Source: a virus (taxonomy: Duplodnaviria; Caudoviricetes). Taken from it: 64,000 bases of DNA. The notes under the pieces were generated by a model. The model worked only from the letters and a program-made list of their open reading frames with translations, had not been told where the DNA came from and made no database searches. Positions 1-9,073 of the stretch are shown here, piece by piece. The stretch is taken from IMG/VR virus record IMGVR_UViG_3300020434_000055, one strand, 5' to 3'. Every line of letters starts with the position of its first letter. The stretch's first letter is position 1. A program made the translations under genes and the position numbers.

Positions 1-2
1 TT

Positions 3-128
3 ATTAACCTTATAAAAACCAAAAATGAAACTGCAGGCGTTGGAATTATTACTAAACAAAACACTACTAAAGACGTAAAACCAGGCGAAACATGGAGGCA
101 AGCGAAGAAACTTAAATTAGTCAAATAA
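3..128 (+). CDS. 3' end of a phage hypothetical protein (starts before the window)
   Basis: Frame 3 is open from the window edge to TAA at 126-128 (INLIKTKNETAGVGIITKQNTTKDVKPGETWRQAKKLKLVK). Confidence 0.6.
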   Translation: MNLIKTKNETAGVGIITKQNTTKDVKPGETWRQAKKLKLVK

Positions 129-137
129 ATACAATGT

Positions 138-509
138 ATGAGGAAGATAGCATCTATAATAGTAGTTTCATTTATATTAGTAAGTTGTACACTTATTCCT
201 AGTAAATGGGACTCAAATCAGTCTTATGCAATTACTGATCTTAGACAAATAGTAAGATCTATAGACTGCGACGGTGATGTAGTAAGAAAACTTAATCACC
301 TTAATTATAGGCTAGAATGGCTAATGTTGTACAATGAAAGTAAAGGTACTAAAGACGTAGGAAATTTGGTTACTTTATTCAATGAAACTGTACAAACATT
401 TAGACAAAAATCTACCTCATTTAGTAAAGGATATTGTACAAGTAAAAAAGAAATAATGATCGAACAATCTGATATGATTGCTCGAGCAATCCAGAGGAGG
501 ATAAAGTAA
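138..509 (+). CDS. Putative lipoprotein
   Basis: Basic N-terminus, hydrophobic stretch and lipobox LVS|C (MRKIASIIVVSFILVSC); ATAAATA at 125-131 upstream. Confidence 0.65.
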   Translation: MRKIASIIVVSFILVSCTLIPSKWDSNQSYAITDLRQIVRSIDCDGDVVRKLNHLNYRLEWLMLYNESKGTKDVGNLVTLFNETVQTFRQKSTSFSKGYCTSKKEIMIEQSDMIARAIQRRIK

Positions 510-790
510 TGGCGATTACACAAGAACACGAAGACAACCTAACAGCCGTAGTTACAGCTGATGACGGATTAAAATCTGTTGCAGAAGCGGCTCAAGCCTT
601 AGTTGCATCAAGAAAAGCAAACTCTATAACAGAATTAGCATTTATTGATTCTTTGAATGCTCTAATTGATGGCGACAAAGAGACTGAGCAAGATGCTGTA
701 GCAGGTGGTCAAGGTAAGTCTGCAGAAAAACTACATTTTGCTATTAAAGGCATGATGAAAGTTAGTAATAATACTGGCCCTTGGGCATAG
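509..790 (+). CDS. Hypothetical protein
   Basis: 93 aa ORF coupled to the upstream stop (TAATG), AGGAGG upstream. Confidence 0.7.
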   Translation: MAITQEHEDNLTAVVTADDGLKSVAEAAQALVASRKANSITELAFIDSLNALIDGDKETEQDAVAGGQGKSAEKLHFAIKGMMKVSNNTGPWA

Positions 791-820
791 TTCATAATTT
801 TATTAACTAAAAGGAACATC

Positions 821-1063
821 ATGGCAGATAAAAACATCGAAGCATTAAGAGAGTTAGCTGGTGCAAACAACTGGGCTTCTAAAAAAGCTCAAATGGCTCT
901 TGACTTAACACAACAAAGAGTTGAAGGTTCTATAACTAAATCAGAATATGAAGAACTAGTTGACGATTTAATAAGAACTGACGAAGTTGCCCAGCGAGCT
1001 CAAAATGTAGAAATTGCATCTAAATTAAAATGGGCTGTTCAAGGTTTATTAAAAATCTTATAA
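821..1063 (+). CDS. Hypothetical helical protein
   Basis: 80 aa ORF with AAGGA ribosome-binding site. Confidence 0.7.
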   Translation: MADKNIEALRELAGANNWASKKAQMALDLTQQRVEGSITKSEYEELVDDLIRTDEVAQRAQNVEIASKLKWAVQGLLKIL

Positions 1064-1069
1064 TGAATA

Positions 1070-1258
1070 ATGCCAAAGAAAAAGAAACGCAAAAAAAAGC
1101 AACAAGAACCATTTGTAGACATGATTTGGATGCATCATGATTTATGGAATAATTCAGGTAGAACACGAGAAGACATTGAAGAAGAAGTGTATGGTGTAAC
1201 AAATACAGCAGGTTACAAAAGTATAAATTATCCAAAAGGACATCCTAAAAATCCATGA
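1070..1258 (+). CDS. Small basic hypothetical protein
   Basis: 62 aa ORF filling the gap between neighbours, ATGA overlap with the next gene. Confidence 0.55.
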   Translation: MPKKKKRKKKQQEPFVDMIWMHHDLWNNSGRTREDIEEEVYGVTNTAGYKSINYPKGHPKNP

Positions 1259-1473
1259 AAATTTATGAAATATTAGAAAGTCAAGCCGTCAAAGATTTTA
1301 AAACCAGATACGATCACCATTATGGTTATGATCCTGAATTACTATCCTACCAACACGAAATTGGTAAAATTTACGGTAAAAAGAATTTAAAAGTCCCCCA
1401 CGCCAAGTATAGCATAAGTAAAAGAGCCAAACAAATTTATAAAGGCAAAAATGGAAGTAAAAATAATAAATGA
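1255..1473 (+). CDS. Hypothetical protein, possible internal head protein
   Basis: N-terminus MKIYEILES resembles a capsid-targeting leader. Confidence 0.55.
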   Translation: MKIYEILESQAVKDFKTRYDHHYGYDPELLSYQHEIGKIYGKKNLKVPHAKYSISKRAKQIYKGKNGSKNNK

Positions 1474-2152
1474 ACAAGAAGTTTTTGCTATAAATCCATC
1501 ATTAACAGTCCAAACAAAAAATATCGGAAAATATAAAATTGCTATTGCAGACAATTTTTATAAAAATCCAGAAATGGTCCGTGAATTAATCCTAACAATA
1601 CCTAGTACTAACAATGAAAAACATAAAGGTGGTATGGTTGGTAGACGTGTAGAAGCATACTATGATTTAAGTCCATTAGCAGATCCCTTTCATAAAATAT
1701 TAACTAACTTATGGGATTATACAAAAAATTGGTCATATGATGCAATTTATGAAATGTTTAAACAATCATCGTTTATTGGAAATATAATGAATGAAGAAAT
1801 GTTAGAGTCTAGAACACCTCATCAAGATGGCCCTAAGACATTACCTAAACAATTTATTCCTTCACACACTGGATTTGCTTCTTCTGTTTTCTTAAACACA
1901 CCTCAAGAATGTGCTGGAGGTACAGCACTATACACATACAAAGGAGAACAATCTCCTCTTCAAATGCCTGATCAATCTGTAGATCATTTTATAACAGAAT
2001 CCGAAGGTGATTGGGAAAAAATAGGATTAATTGAAATGAAATGGAATAGAATGGTTATATATAATAATTTTATTCTACATACTCCATATGTTAAACAAGG
2101 AATGGGCTTTACTGGTAACATCTATAGAATCAATCAAATGATATTTCCTTAA
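1451..2152 (+). CDS. 2OG-Fe(II) oxygenase-like protein (DUF6445-like)
   Basis: PHQD (HxD), GGTALY, WNRMVIY and distal LHTP match a double-stranded beta-helix facial triad. Confidence 0.65.
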   Translation: MEVKIINEQEVFAINPSLTVQTKNIGKYKIAIADNFYKNPEMVRELILTIPSTNNEKHKGGMVGRRVEAYYDLSPLADPFHKILTNLWDYTKNWSYDAIYEMFKQSSFIGNIMNEEMLESRTPHQDGPKTLPKQFIPSHTGFASSVFLNTPQECAGGTALYTYKGEQSPLQMPDQSVDHFITESEGDWEKIGLIEMKWNRMVIYNNFILHTPYVKQGMGFTGNIYRINQMIFP

Positions 2153-2163
2153 TAAATAGTAGT

Positions 2164-2409
2164 ATGAGAGTATGTGAAATTGTTACAGAAGCGGCTACAC
2201 CAGGTGCTACATCATCTGGTAATATAGCAACGGTTGTATCACCACATATTGCTATTGGTCCAGATAGATACGGAAATTCATATACAGGTAGTCCAGGTAA
2301 ATCAGGTACAAAAGCACCAAGAGTGCCTAAACCTAAAAAGATAAAACCTACTGACAATGCACTAGATATGAAAGGTGTAAGCATTTTTGGATCACCTATT
2401 AAGAGATAA
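2164..2409 (+). CDS. Hypothetical late protein
   Basis: MRVCEIVTEAATPGATSSGNIATV; ATAAATA at 2152-2158. Confidence 0.65.
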   Translation: MRVCEIVTEAATPGATSSGNIATVVSPHIAIGPDRYGNSYTGSPGKSGTKAPRVPKPKKIKPTDNALDMKGVSIFGSPIKR

Positions 2410-2420
2410 ATACTACTAAT

Positions 2421-2915
2421 ATGAAATATAAACAAATTAAAGAAAAATTCGCAGACGAGGCTGGTAAAGCTGAAAAGGATCATGAAGTGCAAATGGCACG
2501 AGGTGATTTATATAAAGCCGCGAAGTATTCAATTAAACTTCATGACATGATGAAAAATATCAGTGAAACTGAAGGATTAGAAGGATGGATACAAGAAAAA
2601 ATTACTAAAGCGTCTGATTATTTAAATACAGTATTCAATCACTTTGATTATAAAAGTAAATTCAACAATTCAGTAAATTTTGTTGGTGAAACTAATCCTT
2701 TGCCCGATATGAACAAGTATGGAATATACACTACAAAAAGTAAAGATGGTGATTTCCAAGTATGGCAAAATGAAAAACATTTAGGAACGTTTAAATCAAT
2801 AGAAGATGTTGATGCGTTTTTACATGATTATTTAAACAAAGAAGAATCAACTAATGAAAAAGATTCTTACAAAGAAGACCTTTCTACAAAACTTCAAAAT
2901 AAGTTATCAAAATAA
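2421..2915 (+). CDS. Hypothetical late protein
   Basis: 164 aa ORF; ATAAATA at 2406-2412. Confidence 0.7.
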   Translation: MKYKQIKEKFADEAGKAEKDHEVQMARGDLYKAAKYSIKLHDMMKNISETEGLEGWIQEKITKASDYLNTVFNHFDYKSKFNNSVNFVGETNPLPDMNKYGIYTTKSKDGDFQVWQNEKHLGTFKSIEDVDAFLHDYLNKEESTNEKDSYKEDLSTKLQNKLSK

Positions 2916-2988
2916 AGTCAATTCCTTAAAATACAATAAATACCTTATAATTACGTTATGGAAAAATTATTAGAGGAGGTACCGAGGT

Positions 2989-3699
2989 ATGGCTTATTTA
3001 ATAGCAAACTTGCCACCAGTAGACTGTTATGTTAGAATGGAATATCTCTATGACCTGCAAAAAGATGATAACGGAAAATTATTAGGTCAAGGCAAATATA
3101 CTCCTGCTGTCTGGGTTACTGTAAAAAGTATATCAGGTAAAGCATTATATATAGAATCCTTACTTCCAGAATATGGTGCATTATACGATAAACTACCTCT
3201 GAGTGCATACGTTTGGAAAACAGATGCAGATACAAGTAAATTTTTACCTTTAGATCATTTAGAAATTTGGGATTCCTTTTCATATTACATTACAGTTTTA
3301 GAAAAAGCAACATTATCAGGACTTCGTTGTTCATTTTTAGGTAAAGACAAAAAAATGCATAGTGGTGAATATATGTTTACAATAGATAGTTGCCATAGTG
3401 ATGATAATGAACTTAATACAACTTTTTCTGAAATACCTGATGAACACAAATCATTTAATATAATGAAATTAGATAACGGACAATATGCCGCACAACCAAA
3501 TAACAGAATGAGATGGTTTGAGCAAAGTTTGGTATCTCATGAAACTAAAATGCCAGATTTTAAAGTTAGCACAAGAGAATATAGTGTTGAAGATAATCCA
3601 AAATGGTCAGCCAATTATGGCGAGGGCGATACTTGGGCATACGAAATAAAAGAAAGCAAACCAAAAATAGACAAACCCGATTTAAATAAAGACAAATAA
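2989..3699 (+). CDS. Phage hypothetical protein
   Basis: 236 aa ORF, GAGG upstream, typical codon usage. Confidence 0.75.
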   Translation: MAYLIANLPPVDCYVRMEYLYDLQKDDNGKLLGQGKYTPAVWVTVKSISGKALYIESLLPEYGALYDKLPLSAYVWKTDADTSKFLPLDHLEIWDSFSYYITVLEKATLSGLRCSFLGKDKKMHSGEYMFTIDSCHSDDNELNTTFSEIPDEHKSFNIMKLDNGQYAAQPNNRMRWFEQSLVSHETKMPDFKVSTREYSVEDNPKWSANYGEGDTWAYEIKESKPKIDKPDLNKDK

Positions 3700-3712
3700 T
3701 CAAAAACAATTC

Positions 3713-3741
3713 TTGACTTTTCTATCATTATTAAGTAAAAT
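3713..3741 (+). promoter_or_regulatory. Sigma70-like promoter
   Basis: TTGACT-N17-TAAAAT upstream of the 3767 gene. Confidence 0.7.
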
Positions 3742-3766
3742 AAGTTAAATTCATACAAGGAGAAAT

Positions 3767-4027
3767 ATGAGTGCCAGAACTTATGGTCCAGAAGAACAAG
3801 CCAAATTAAAAAGAATAGTTGACGAAGGAGTTAACGTTCTTTCAGAACTAGAAGATTTAAACGCAGGATTAAAAGACACCGTAAAAGCAGTTGCTGAAGA
3901 ATTAGAAATTAAACCTGCACTAATTAATAAAGCAATCAAAATTGCACATAAAGGTGAGTGGGGCAAGTATTCAGAAGCTTTTGATAGTTTAGAAAACTTG
4001 ATTGTAGCAGTTGGAAAAGACAAGTAA
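3767..4027 (+). CDS. Small dsDNA-binding protein (T4 DsbA/GapR-like)
   Basis: ELEDLNAGLKDTVKAVAEELEIKPALINKAIKIAHK pattern; AAGGAG RBS. Confidence 0.55.
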   Translation: MSARTYGPEEQAKLKRIVDEGVNVLSELEDLNAGLKDTVKAVAEELEIKPALINKAIKIAHKGEWGKYSEAFDSLENLIVAVGKDK

Positions 4028-4253
4028 TACTACTGCCAATTTTTTAAAATGGGTAGCCACGGCAACATTAATAATTGGAACTGCAATAAATTCTATAGGA
4101 ATATATCCTTTAGGTCCTATTATATTAACATTAGGAGGATTTGTTTGGTTAATTGTAGCTCTAATTTGGCGTGAACCTGCATTAATAGTAACTAATATTG
4201 TATTAGTTACAGTAGCTACAATTGGTTTAATTTACGCAAACTGGTTAACATAA
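4011..4253 (+). CDS. Small membrane protein
   Basis: About three hydrophobic segments (KWVATATLIIG..., ...LIVALIW..., ...LIVTNIVLV). Confidence 0.6.
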   Translation: MEKTSNTTANFLKWVATATLIIGTAINSIGIYPLGPIILTLGGFVWLIVALIWREPALIVTNIVLVTVATIGLIYANWLT

Positions 4254-4254
4254 T

Positions 4255-4551
4255 ATGATATATTACATTGACATAGACGGAACCATTTGTTATACTAAAG
4301 GTAGCGACTATGACAATAGTAAACCTGATTTAAAAAAAATAAAACAGGTTAATGAATTATATGATAAAGGTCATGAAATTCATTATTGGACTTCTAGAGG
4401 AGGAATGTCTGGAAAAGATTGGTATCTATTTACAATAGCTCAACTTAATGAATGGGGTTGTAAATTTACATCAATTAAATTAGGTAAACCTGTTTATGAT
4501 AAATGGGTTGACGATAAAGCAATAAACGAAAAGGATTTTTTTAATGGCTGA
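4255..4551 (+). CDS. Minimal HAD-superfamily phosphatase
   Basis: DIDGTIC motif I, WTSRG motif II, GKP...VDDKA motifs III/IV. Confidence 0.75.
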   Translation: MIYYIDIDGTICYTKGSDYDNSKPDLKKIKQVNELYDKGHEIHYWTSRGGMSGKDWYLFTIAQLNEWGCKFTSIKLGKPVYDKWVDDKAINEKDFFNG

Positions 4552-5038
4552 AGATTATGATAATGTAACGGAAGAATGTTTTACTTCCACTAAGAGTTTT
4601 TGGAACTTTCCTTGTGCTCATAGACAATATAGACACGAAGGCAATTGCCATTTAATTCACGGGTACAGTAGAAGTTTTCATTTTATATTTGGAATTAAAT
4701 CATTTACAAAAGAAGGCTTTGCAGTAGACTACGGTGACTTAGATGAACTAAAAGCACATTTAGATCATATGTACGACCATACATTAGTATTAGATGAAGA
4801 AGATCCATATATGGAAAATTTTAAAGTATTAGAAAAAGCAGGTGTATGTCGAATTAGAACTCATCCAATGGGACCAGGCATGGAAGGTACTGCACATTAT
4901 CTTTGTGATTGGACAGACACATGGTTACGTAAAAAATCACGAGGACGAGCTTGGGTTATTAGTGTAGAAGCTAGAGAAAATGATAAAAATAGTTCAATTT
5001 ATAAAAATCCAAATGCTGGATTTAAAGGCTGGTTATAA
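4544..5038 (+). CDS. queD: 6-carboxy-5,6,7,8-tetrahydropterin synthase
   Basis: CAHRQ...[18 protein letters not shown]-equivalent MYDH, and SVEARE are PTPS/QueD T-fold motifs. Confidence 0.8.
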   Translation: MAEDYDNVTEECFTSTKSFWNFPCAHRQYRHEGNCHLIHGYSRSFHFIFGIKSFTKEGFAVDYGDLDELKAHLDHMYDHTLVLDEEDPYMENFKVLEKAGVCRIRTHPMGPGMEGTAHYLCDWTDTWLRKKSRGRAWVISVEARENDKNSSIYKNPNAGFKGWL

Positions 5039-5577
5039 TGAGTGACGAATTAAGCATTAGTCAATTAGATGCGAAAGGAAATAAATGTATGGTTCCTAAC
5101 GCAATGTTTAAAACAAGAGTAGCAGGTGAATGGAAAGATGTAACTACTGATGATTTATTTAAAAATAAAAAAGTAGTTGTATTTTCTTTACCAGGTGCTT
5201 TTACACCTACTTGTTCAAGTACACATTTTCCTGGATATGAATTAAAATACGATAGTATTAAAGAAACAGGTATTGATGAAGTTTATTGTATTTCAGTAAA
5301 TGATTCATTTGTAATGAATGCTTGGGCAAAAGATTTAAAAGCAGAAAAAATTAAAATGATTCCCGACGGTAATGGAAAATTTACTGAAGGAATGGGTATG
5401 TTAATCAACAAAGAACATTTAGGTTTTGGCAAACGAAGCTGGAGATACTCTGCGGTTGTAGACAACGGTGAAGTAATCAAAATGTTTATAGAACCAGGCA
5501 AGAATGATATAGGTGAAGACCAAGATCCATTTGAAACATCTGATGTTGATACCATGCTTAAATATCTTAGAACATAA
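5038..5577 (+). CDS. Peroxiredoxin (Prx5-like)
   Basis: [11 protein letters not shown] peroxidatic motif, [17 protein letters not shown]. Confidence 0.9.
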   Translation: MSDELSISQLDAKGNKCMVPNAMFKTRVAGEWKDVTTDDLFKNKKVVVFSLPGAFTPTCSSTHFPGYELKYDSIKETGIDEVYCISVNDSFVMNAWAKDLKAEKIKMIPDGNGKFTEGMGMLINKEHLGFGKRSWRYSAVVDNGEVIKMFIEPGKNDIGEDQDPFETSDVDTMLKYLRT

Positions 5578-5587
5578 CGGAGAAAAA

Positions 5588-6784
5588 ATGAAAATACTTT
5601 GTATACTATACGACGATCCAAAAGACGGAATGCCTACAAGCTATCCAGTTAAGGATCTACCAAAATTAGAAAAATATCCAGACGGAATGACACTACCAAC
5701 ACCTAAAGGCAGAGATTTTACGCCAGGTGATTTATTAGGTTGTGTATCTGGAGAGTTAGGATTAAGAAAATTTTTAGAAGATGCAGGACACACATTAGTT
5801 GTTACATCTGACAAAGACGGAGAAGGTTGTCAAGCAGACAAAGAATTAGTTGATGCTGACGTTGTTATATCACAACCGTTTTGGCCATATTACTTAACAA
5901 GAGAAAAAATGGAAACGGCACCAAATTTAAAAATGGCAATTACAGCAGGTATAGGATCTGACCACGTAGACTTACAAGCGGCAATGGATCGTAAAGTTGA
6001 TGTAGTTGAAGTAACGTATTGTAATTCAAGATCAGTTGCTGAACATATTGTAATGATGATTTTATCTTTAGTAAGAGATTATCACAACCAACACAGAATA
6101 GTAAACGAAGGTGGTTGGCATATTGCAGATGCAGTAAAAAGAAGTTATGATGTTGAAGGTATGCACGTAGGTACTATTGCGGCAGGACGTATTGGTTATG
6201 ATATGTTAAGAAAGATGGCACCATTCGATGTACATCTACATTATTTTGACAAACATAGATTATCTGAAGATAAGGAAAAAGAATTAAATTTAACTTATCA
6301 TGATTCAGTTGAATCTTTAATAGCAGTTTGTGATGTGATTAATATAAGTTGTCCATTACACCCTGAAACAGAACATATGTTTAATGATGATTTAATTAGT
6401 AAATGTAAACCTGGTGCGTATATTATTAATACTGCTAGAGGAAAAATATGTGATAAAGATGCTATTGCGAGAGCATTAGAATCAGGACAATTAAGTGGCT
6501 ATGCTGGAGACGTTTGGTTTCCACAACCAGCACCTAATGACCATGTTTGGAGAAGTATGCCAAACCATGGTATGACACCTCATACATCAGGAACATCACT
6601 ATCAGCACAAACAAGATATGCTGACGGTGTTAGAGAAATATTAGAATGTTTCTTTGATGGTACACCAATAAGAGATCCGTACTTAATTGTACAAAATGGA
6701 GAACTTGCTGGTATGGGTGCTCACTCTTATACAAAAGGAACAGCAACTGGTGGATCAGAAGAAGCGGCTAAATTTAAAAAATAA
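5588..6784 (+). CDS. fdh: NAD-dependent formate dehydrogenase (metal-independent, D-2-hydroxyacid dehydrogenase family)
   Basis: GCVSGELGLRKFLE, SQPFWP, AGIGSDHVD, YCNSRSVAEH, AAGRIG, YFDKH, NTARG, GDVWFPQP, MTPHTSG. Start reset to ATG 5588 after GGAG; the track start at 5513 overlaps the previous gene. Confidence 0.93.
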   Translation: MKILCILYDDPKDGMPTSYPVKDLPKLEKYPDGMTLPTPKGRDFTPGDLLGCVSGELGLRKFLEDAGHTLVVTSDKDGEGCQADKELVDADVVISQPFWPYYLTREKMETAPNLKMAITAGIGSDHVDLQAAMDRKVDVVEVTYCNSRSVAEHIVMMILSLVRDYHNQHRIVNEGGWHIADAVKRSYDVEGMHVGTIAAGRIGYDMLRKMAPFDVHLHYFDKHRLSEDKEKELNLTYHDSVESLIAVCDVINISCPLHPETEHMFNDDLISKCKPGAYIINTARGKICDKDAIARALESGQLSGYAGDVWFPQPAPNDHVWRSMPNHGMTPHTSGTSLSAQTRYADGVREILECFFDGTPIRDPYLIVQNGELAGMGAHSYTKGTATGGSEEAAKFKK

Positions 6785-6786
6785 AA

Positions 6787-7644
6787 ATGCGATTTGCCGG
6801 TGCACAAATTCCAGTAACAAATAATCTTGAAAATAATACTAAAACTATTATTAATAGTATTAATTGGGCTGAAGAAAATAAATGTGATTATCTTGTAACA
6901 CCTGAATGTTCTTTATCAGGTTACGATGTAAATGGCGTCAATATAGATACTTCTATTAAAGCACTTTCTAAAGCATTAGACACTATAAGAAAATATGCTA
7001 GTGATAGACATATAGGTCTTATATTAGGAACATTATGGGTTGATGAAGATCCTACAACTCCTGCAGAGTCTTGGTGGAGCGTAGGAGATGTAAGAAATCA
7101 ACAACGTTATTATGATCCAGAAGGAAATTTCTTAGGAGTAGTTAATAAACGTTACATAGTTTCATATGACTATGGAGTTAAAAAAGGTGAAAATCCGGGA
7201 GTAATTAATCTGCCAATGAAAAATAATCCTACAAATCATATAAAAGTTACTGGTATGATATGTAACGACCTATGGGGTGGTTATTGGAAAGGTAGACCTA
7301 ATCTTGGACAAGTAGCACAAGAACAAAAAACAGATTTAATAATTCATTCTTCAAATGGTGCAAAAGATAAAGGCGAACCTATACGAAAGATTCTCGACAA
7401 ATTTCATACAGGATGTTTAGCATTTTTGTCATATAGATCTAATATACCAATCTTAACTGTAGATAATTCCATTCATCTAGATGGACAAGATTATGACGGA
7501 GAAACAGCAAGTCCTTCTGGAGTATTTCATCCTTTAGAACAAATAGTAGAAGCTCCTAGAAAAGGAACACAACATTTTTATTATGATTTCCATCCTAATA
7601 CTGACTACAACGTTTCTGTCGTGCCGGAGGAGTTAGCATCATGA
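6787..7644 (+). CDS. Carbon-nitrogen hydrolase (nitrilase superfamily)
   Basis: Glu-Lys-Cys triad: VTPECSLSG, VNKRY, MICNDLW. Confidence 0.85.
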   Translation: MRFAGAQIPVTNNLENNTKTIINSINWAEENKCDYLVTPECSLSGYDVNGVNIDTSIKALSKALDTIRKYASDRHIGLILGTLWVDEDPTTPAESWWSVGDVRNQQRYYDPEGNFLGVVNKRYIVSYDYGVKKGENPGVINLPMKNNPTNHIKVTGMICNDLWGGYWKGRPNLGQVAQEQKTDLIIHSSNGAKDKGEPIRKILDKFHTGCLAFLSYRSNIPILTVDNSIHLDGQDYDGETASPSGVFHPLEQIVEAPRKGTQHFYYDFHPNTDYNVSVVPEELAS

Positions 7645-8693
7645 GACTAGATCAAACTATACATTTAGATTACGCAGATGTTTTGTTAAAACCAAAACGT
7701 TCTACGTTATCATCAAGAAAAGACGTAGATATGACTAGAACATTTACATTTAAAAATTCTAAAGAATCATATACTTGTTGTCCTATTGTAGCATCTAATA
7801 TGGATGGTGTTGGTACATTTAGTATGGCTAAAGTATTACAAGAACATAAAATGATGACTGTAATTACAAAAACTACTACACTAGAACAATGGAAAGAAGC
7901 AGTTGGACAAGGTATAAAATTAAAATACATATCTGTATGTACAGGAACAGGTAAACTTTGGGATAAAGACGCAGAAGATTATGCTACATTACAAAAAGTA
8001 TTAAAAAGTTTTCCAGACGTTAAGTTTATTACAATTGATGTTGCAAATGGCTATCATGAAAATTATGTTGACTTTCTTAAACAAGTTAGAGATGAATATC
8101 CAGATAAAACTATAATTGCAGGTAACGTGGTAACTGCAGAAATGACAGAACAATTAATCTTAAGTGGTGCTGATGTAGTAAAAATAGGAATTGGGCCTGG
8201 GTCAGTATGTACAACAAGAACAATGGCTGGTGTAGGTGTTCCACAATTTTCAGCAGTAGTAGAATGTGCAGATGCGGCAAATGGTGTTGGTGGACATATA
8301 ATGGCAGATGGTGGATGTAATGAACCTGGTGATGTAGCAAAGTCATTAGGAGGTGGAGCACATTTTGTTATGCTAGGAGGAATGTTAGCAGGACATAATG
8401 AATCAGAAGTTGAAGCAAAAGATGGAAAAAGAGAATTTTATGGCATGAGTTCAGATAGAGCAAGAGAAGTACACGGTAAAAGAAAAGATGGATATAGAGG
8501 TAATGAAGGTAAAAGAATATTTTTACCAGACAGAGGACCTGTTAAAGAAACAATAGAAGATATGTTAGGTGGTGTAAGATCATCTTGTACATATATTGGT
8601 GCAAGAAGATTAAAAGATATACCCAAATGTGCAAGTTTTGTTTGCGTAAATCACCAACTCAACAAAGTATATCAAAGTTATGAGAATCATTAA
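7641..8693 (+). CDS. guaC: GMP reductase
   Basis: IDVANGY, KIGIGPGSVCTTR, MADGGC, MLGGMLAGH, FYGMSS; about 350 aa with no CBS domains. Confidence 0.88.
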   Translation: MRLDQTIHLDYADVLLKPKRSTLSSRKDVDMTRTFTFKNSKESYTCCPIVASNMDGVGTFSMAKVLQEHKMMTVITKTTTLEQWKEAVGQGIKLKYISVCTGTGKLWDKDAEDYATLQKVLKSFPDVKFITIDVANGYHENYVDFLKQVRDEYPDKTIIAGNVVTAEMTEQLILSGADVVKIGIGPGSVCTTRTMAGVGVPQFSAVVECADAANGVGGHIMADGGCNEPGDVAKSLGGGAHFVMLGGMLAGHNESEVEAKDGKREFYGMSSDRAREVHGKRKDGYRGNEGKRIFLPDRGPVKETIEDMLGGVRSSCTYIGARRLKDIPKCASFVCVNHQLNKVYQSYENH

Positions 8694-8701
8694 ATAATAA
8701 T

Positions 8702-9073
8702 ATGGCAGAAATAGATACATTAGTAGAACAATTAGGAAAATTAACAGTAATTGAAGCAGGAGAACTTTCTAAAAAATTAGAAAAGGCTTGGGGGCTAAAC
8801 TTGGATAGCTTAATGAATCAACCGGCTCAAGCACAAGCCCAAGTTGTTGAAGAAAAAGCAACAGCCTCAGTTATATTAACAGGATACCCAGCAGATAAAA
8901 AAATTAGTGTACTTAAAAAAGTACGTGAATATATTGAAGGTATGGGTTTATTAGAAGCCAAAAATTTTGTTGAGGATCTACCAAAAACTGTTAAAGAAGA
9001 TATTGAAAAAGAAGAAGCAGACAAAGTTAAAAAAGGTCTTGAAGAAGCTGGAGGAACAGTTCAATTAAAATGA
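8702..9073 (+). CDS. rplL: Ribosomal protein bL12 (L7/L12), full length
   Basis: N-domain LGKLTVIEAGELSKKLE, hinge, C-domain KISVLKKVR...GLLEAKNFVE...LEEAGGTVQLK. Confidence 0.9.
   Translation: MAEIDTLVEQLGKLTVIEAGELSKKLEKAWGLNLDSLMNQPAQAQAQVVEEKATASVILTGYPADKKISVLKKVREYIEGMGLLEAKNFVEDLPKTVKEDIEKEEADKVKKGLEEAGGTVQLK

Noticed and set aside
5038-5577. Peroxiredoxin as a DpdC-like nitrile hydratase
   Set aside because: The sequence is a canonical Prx5 with a standard peroxidatic motif.
5038-9073. Host chromosomal contamination or prophage boundary at the fdh-guaC-rplL block
   Set aside because: rplL lacks its rplJ/rpoB context, genes are packed with phage ORFs on both sides, and fdh and guaC show the same GCWGC avoidance.
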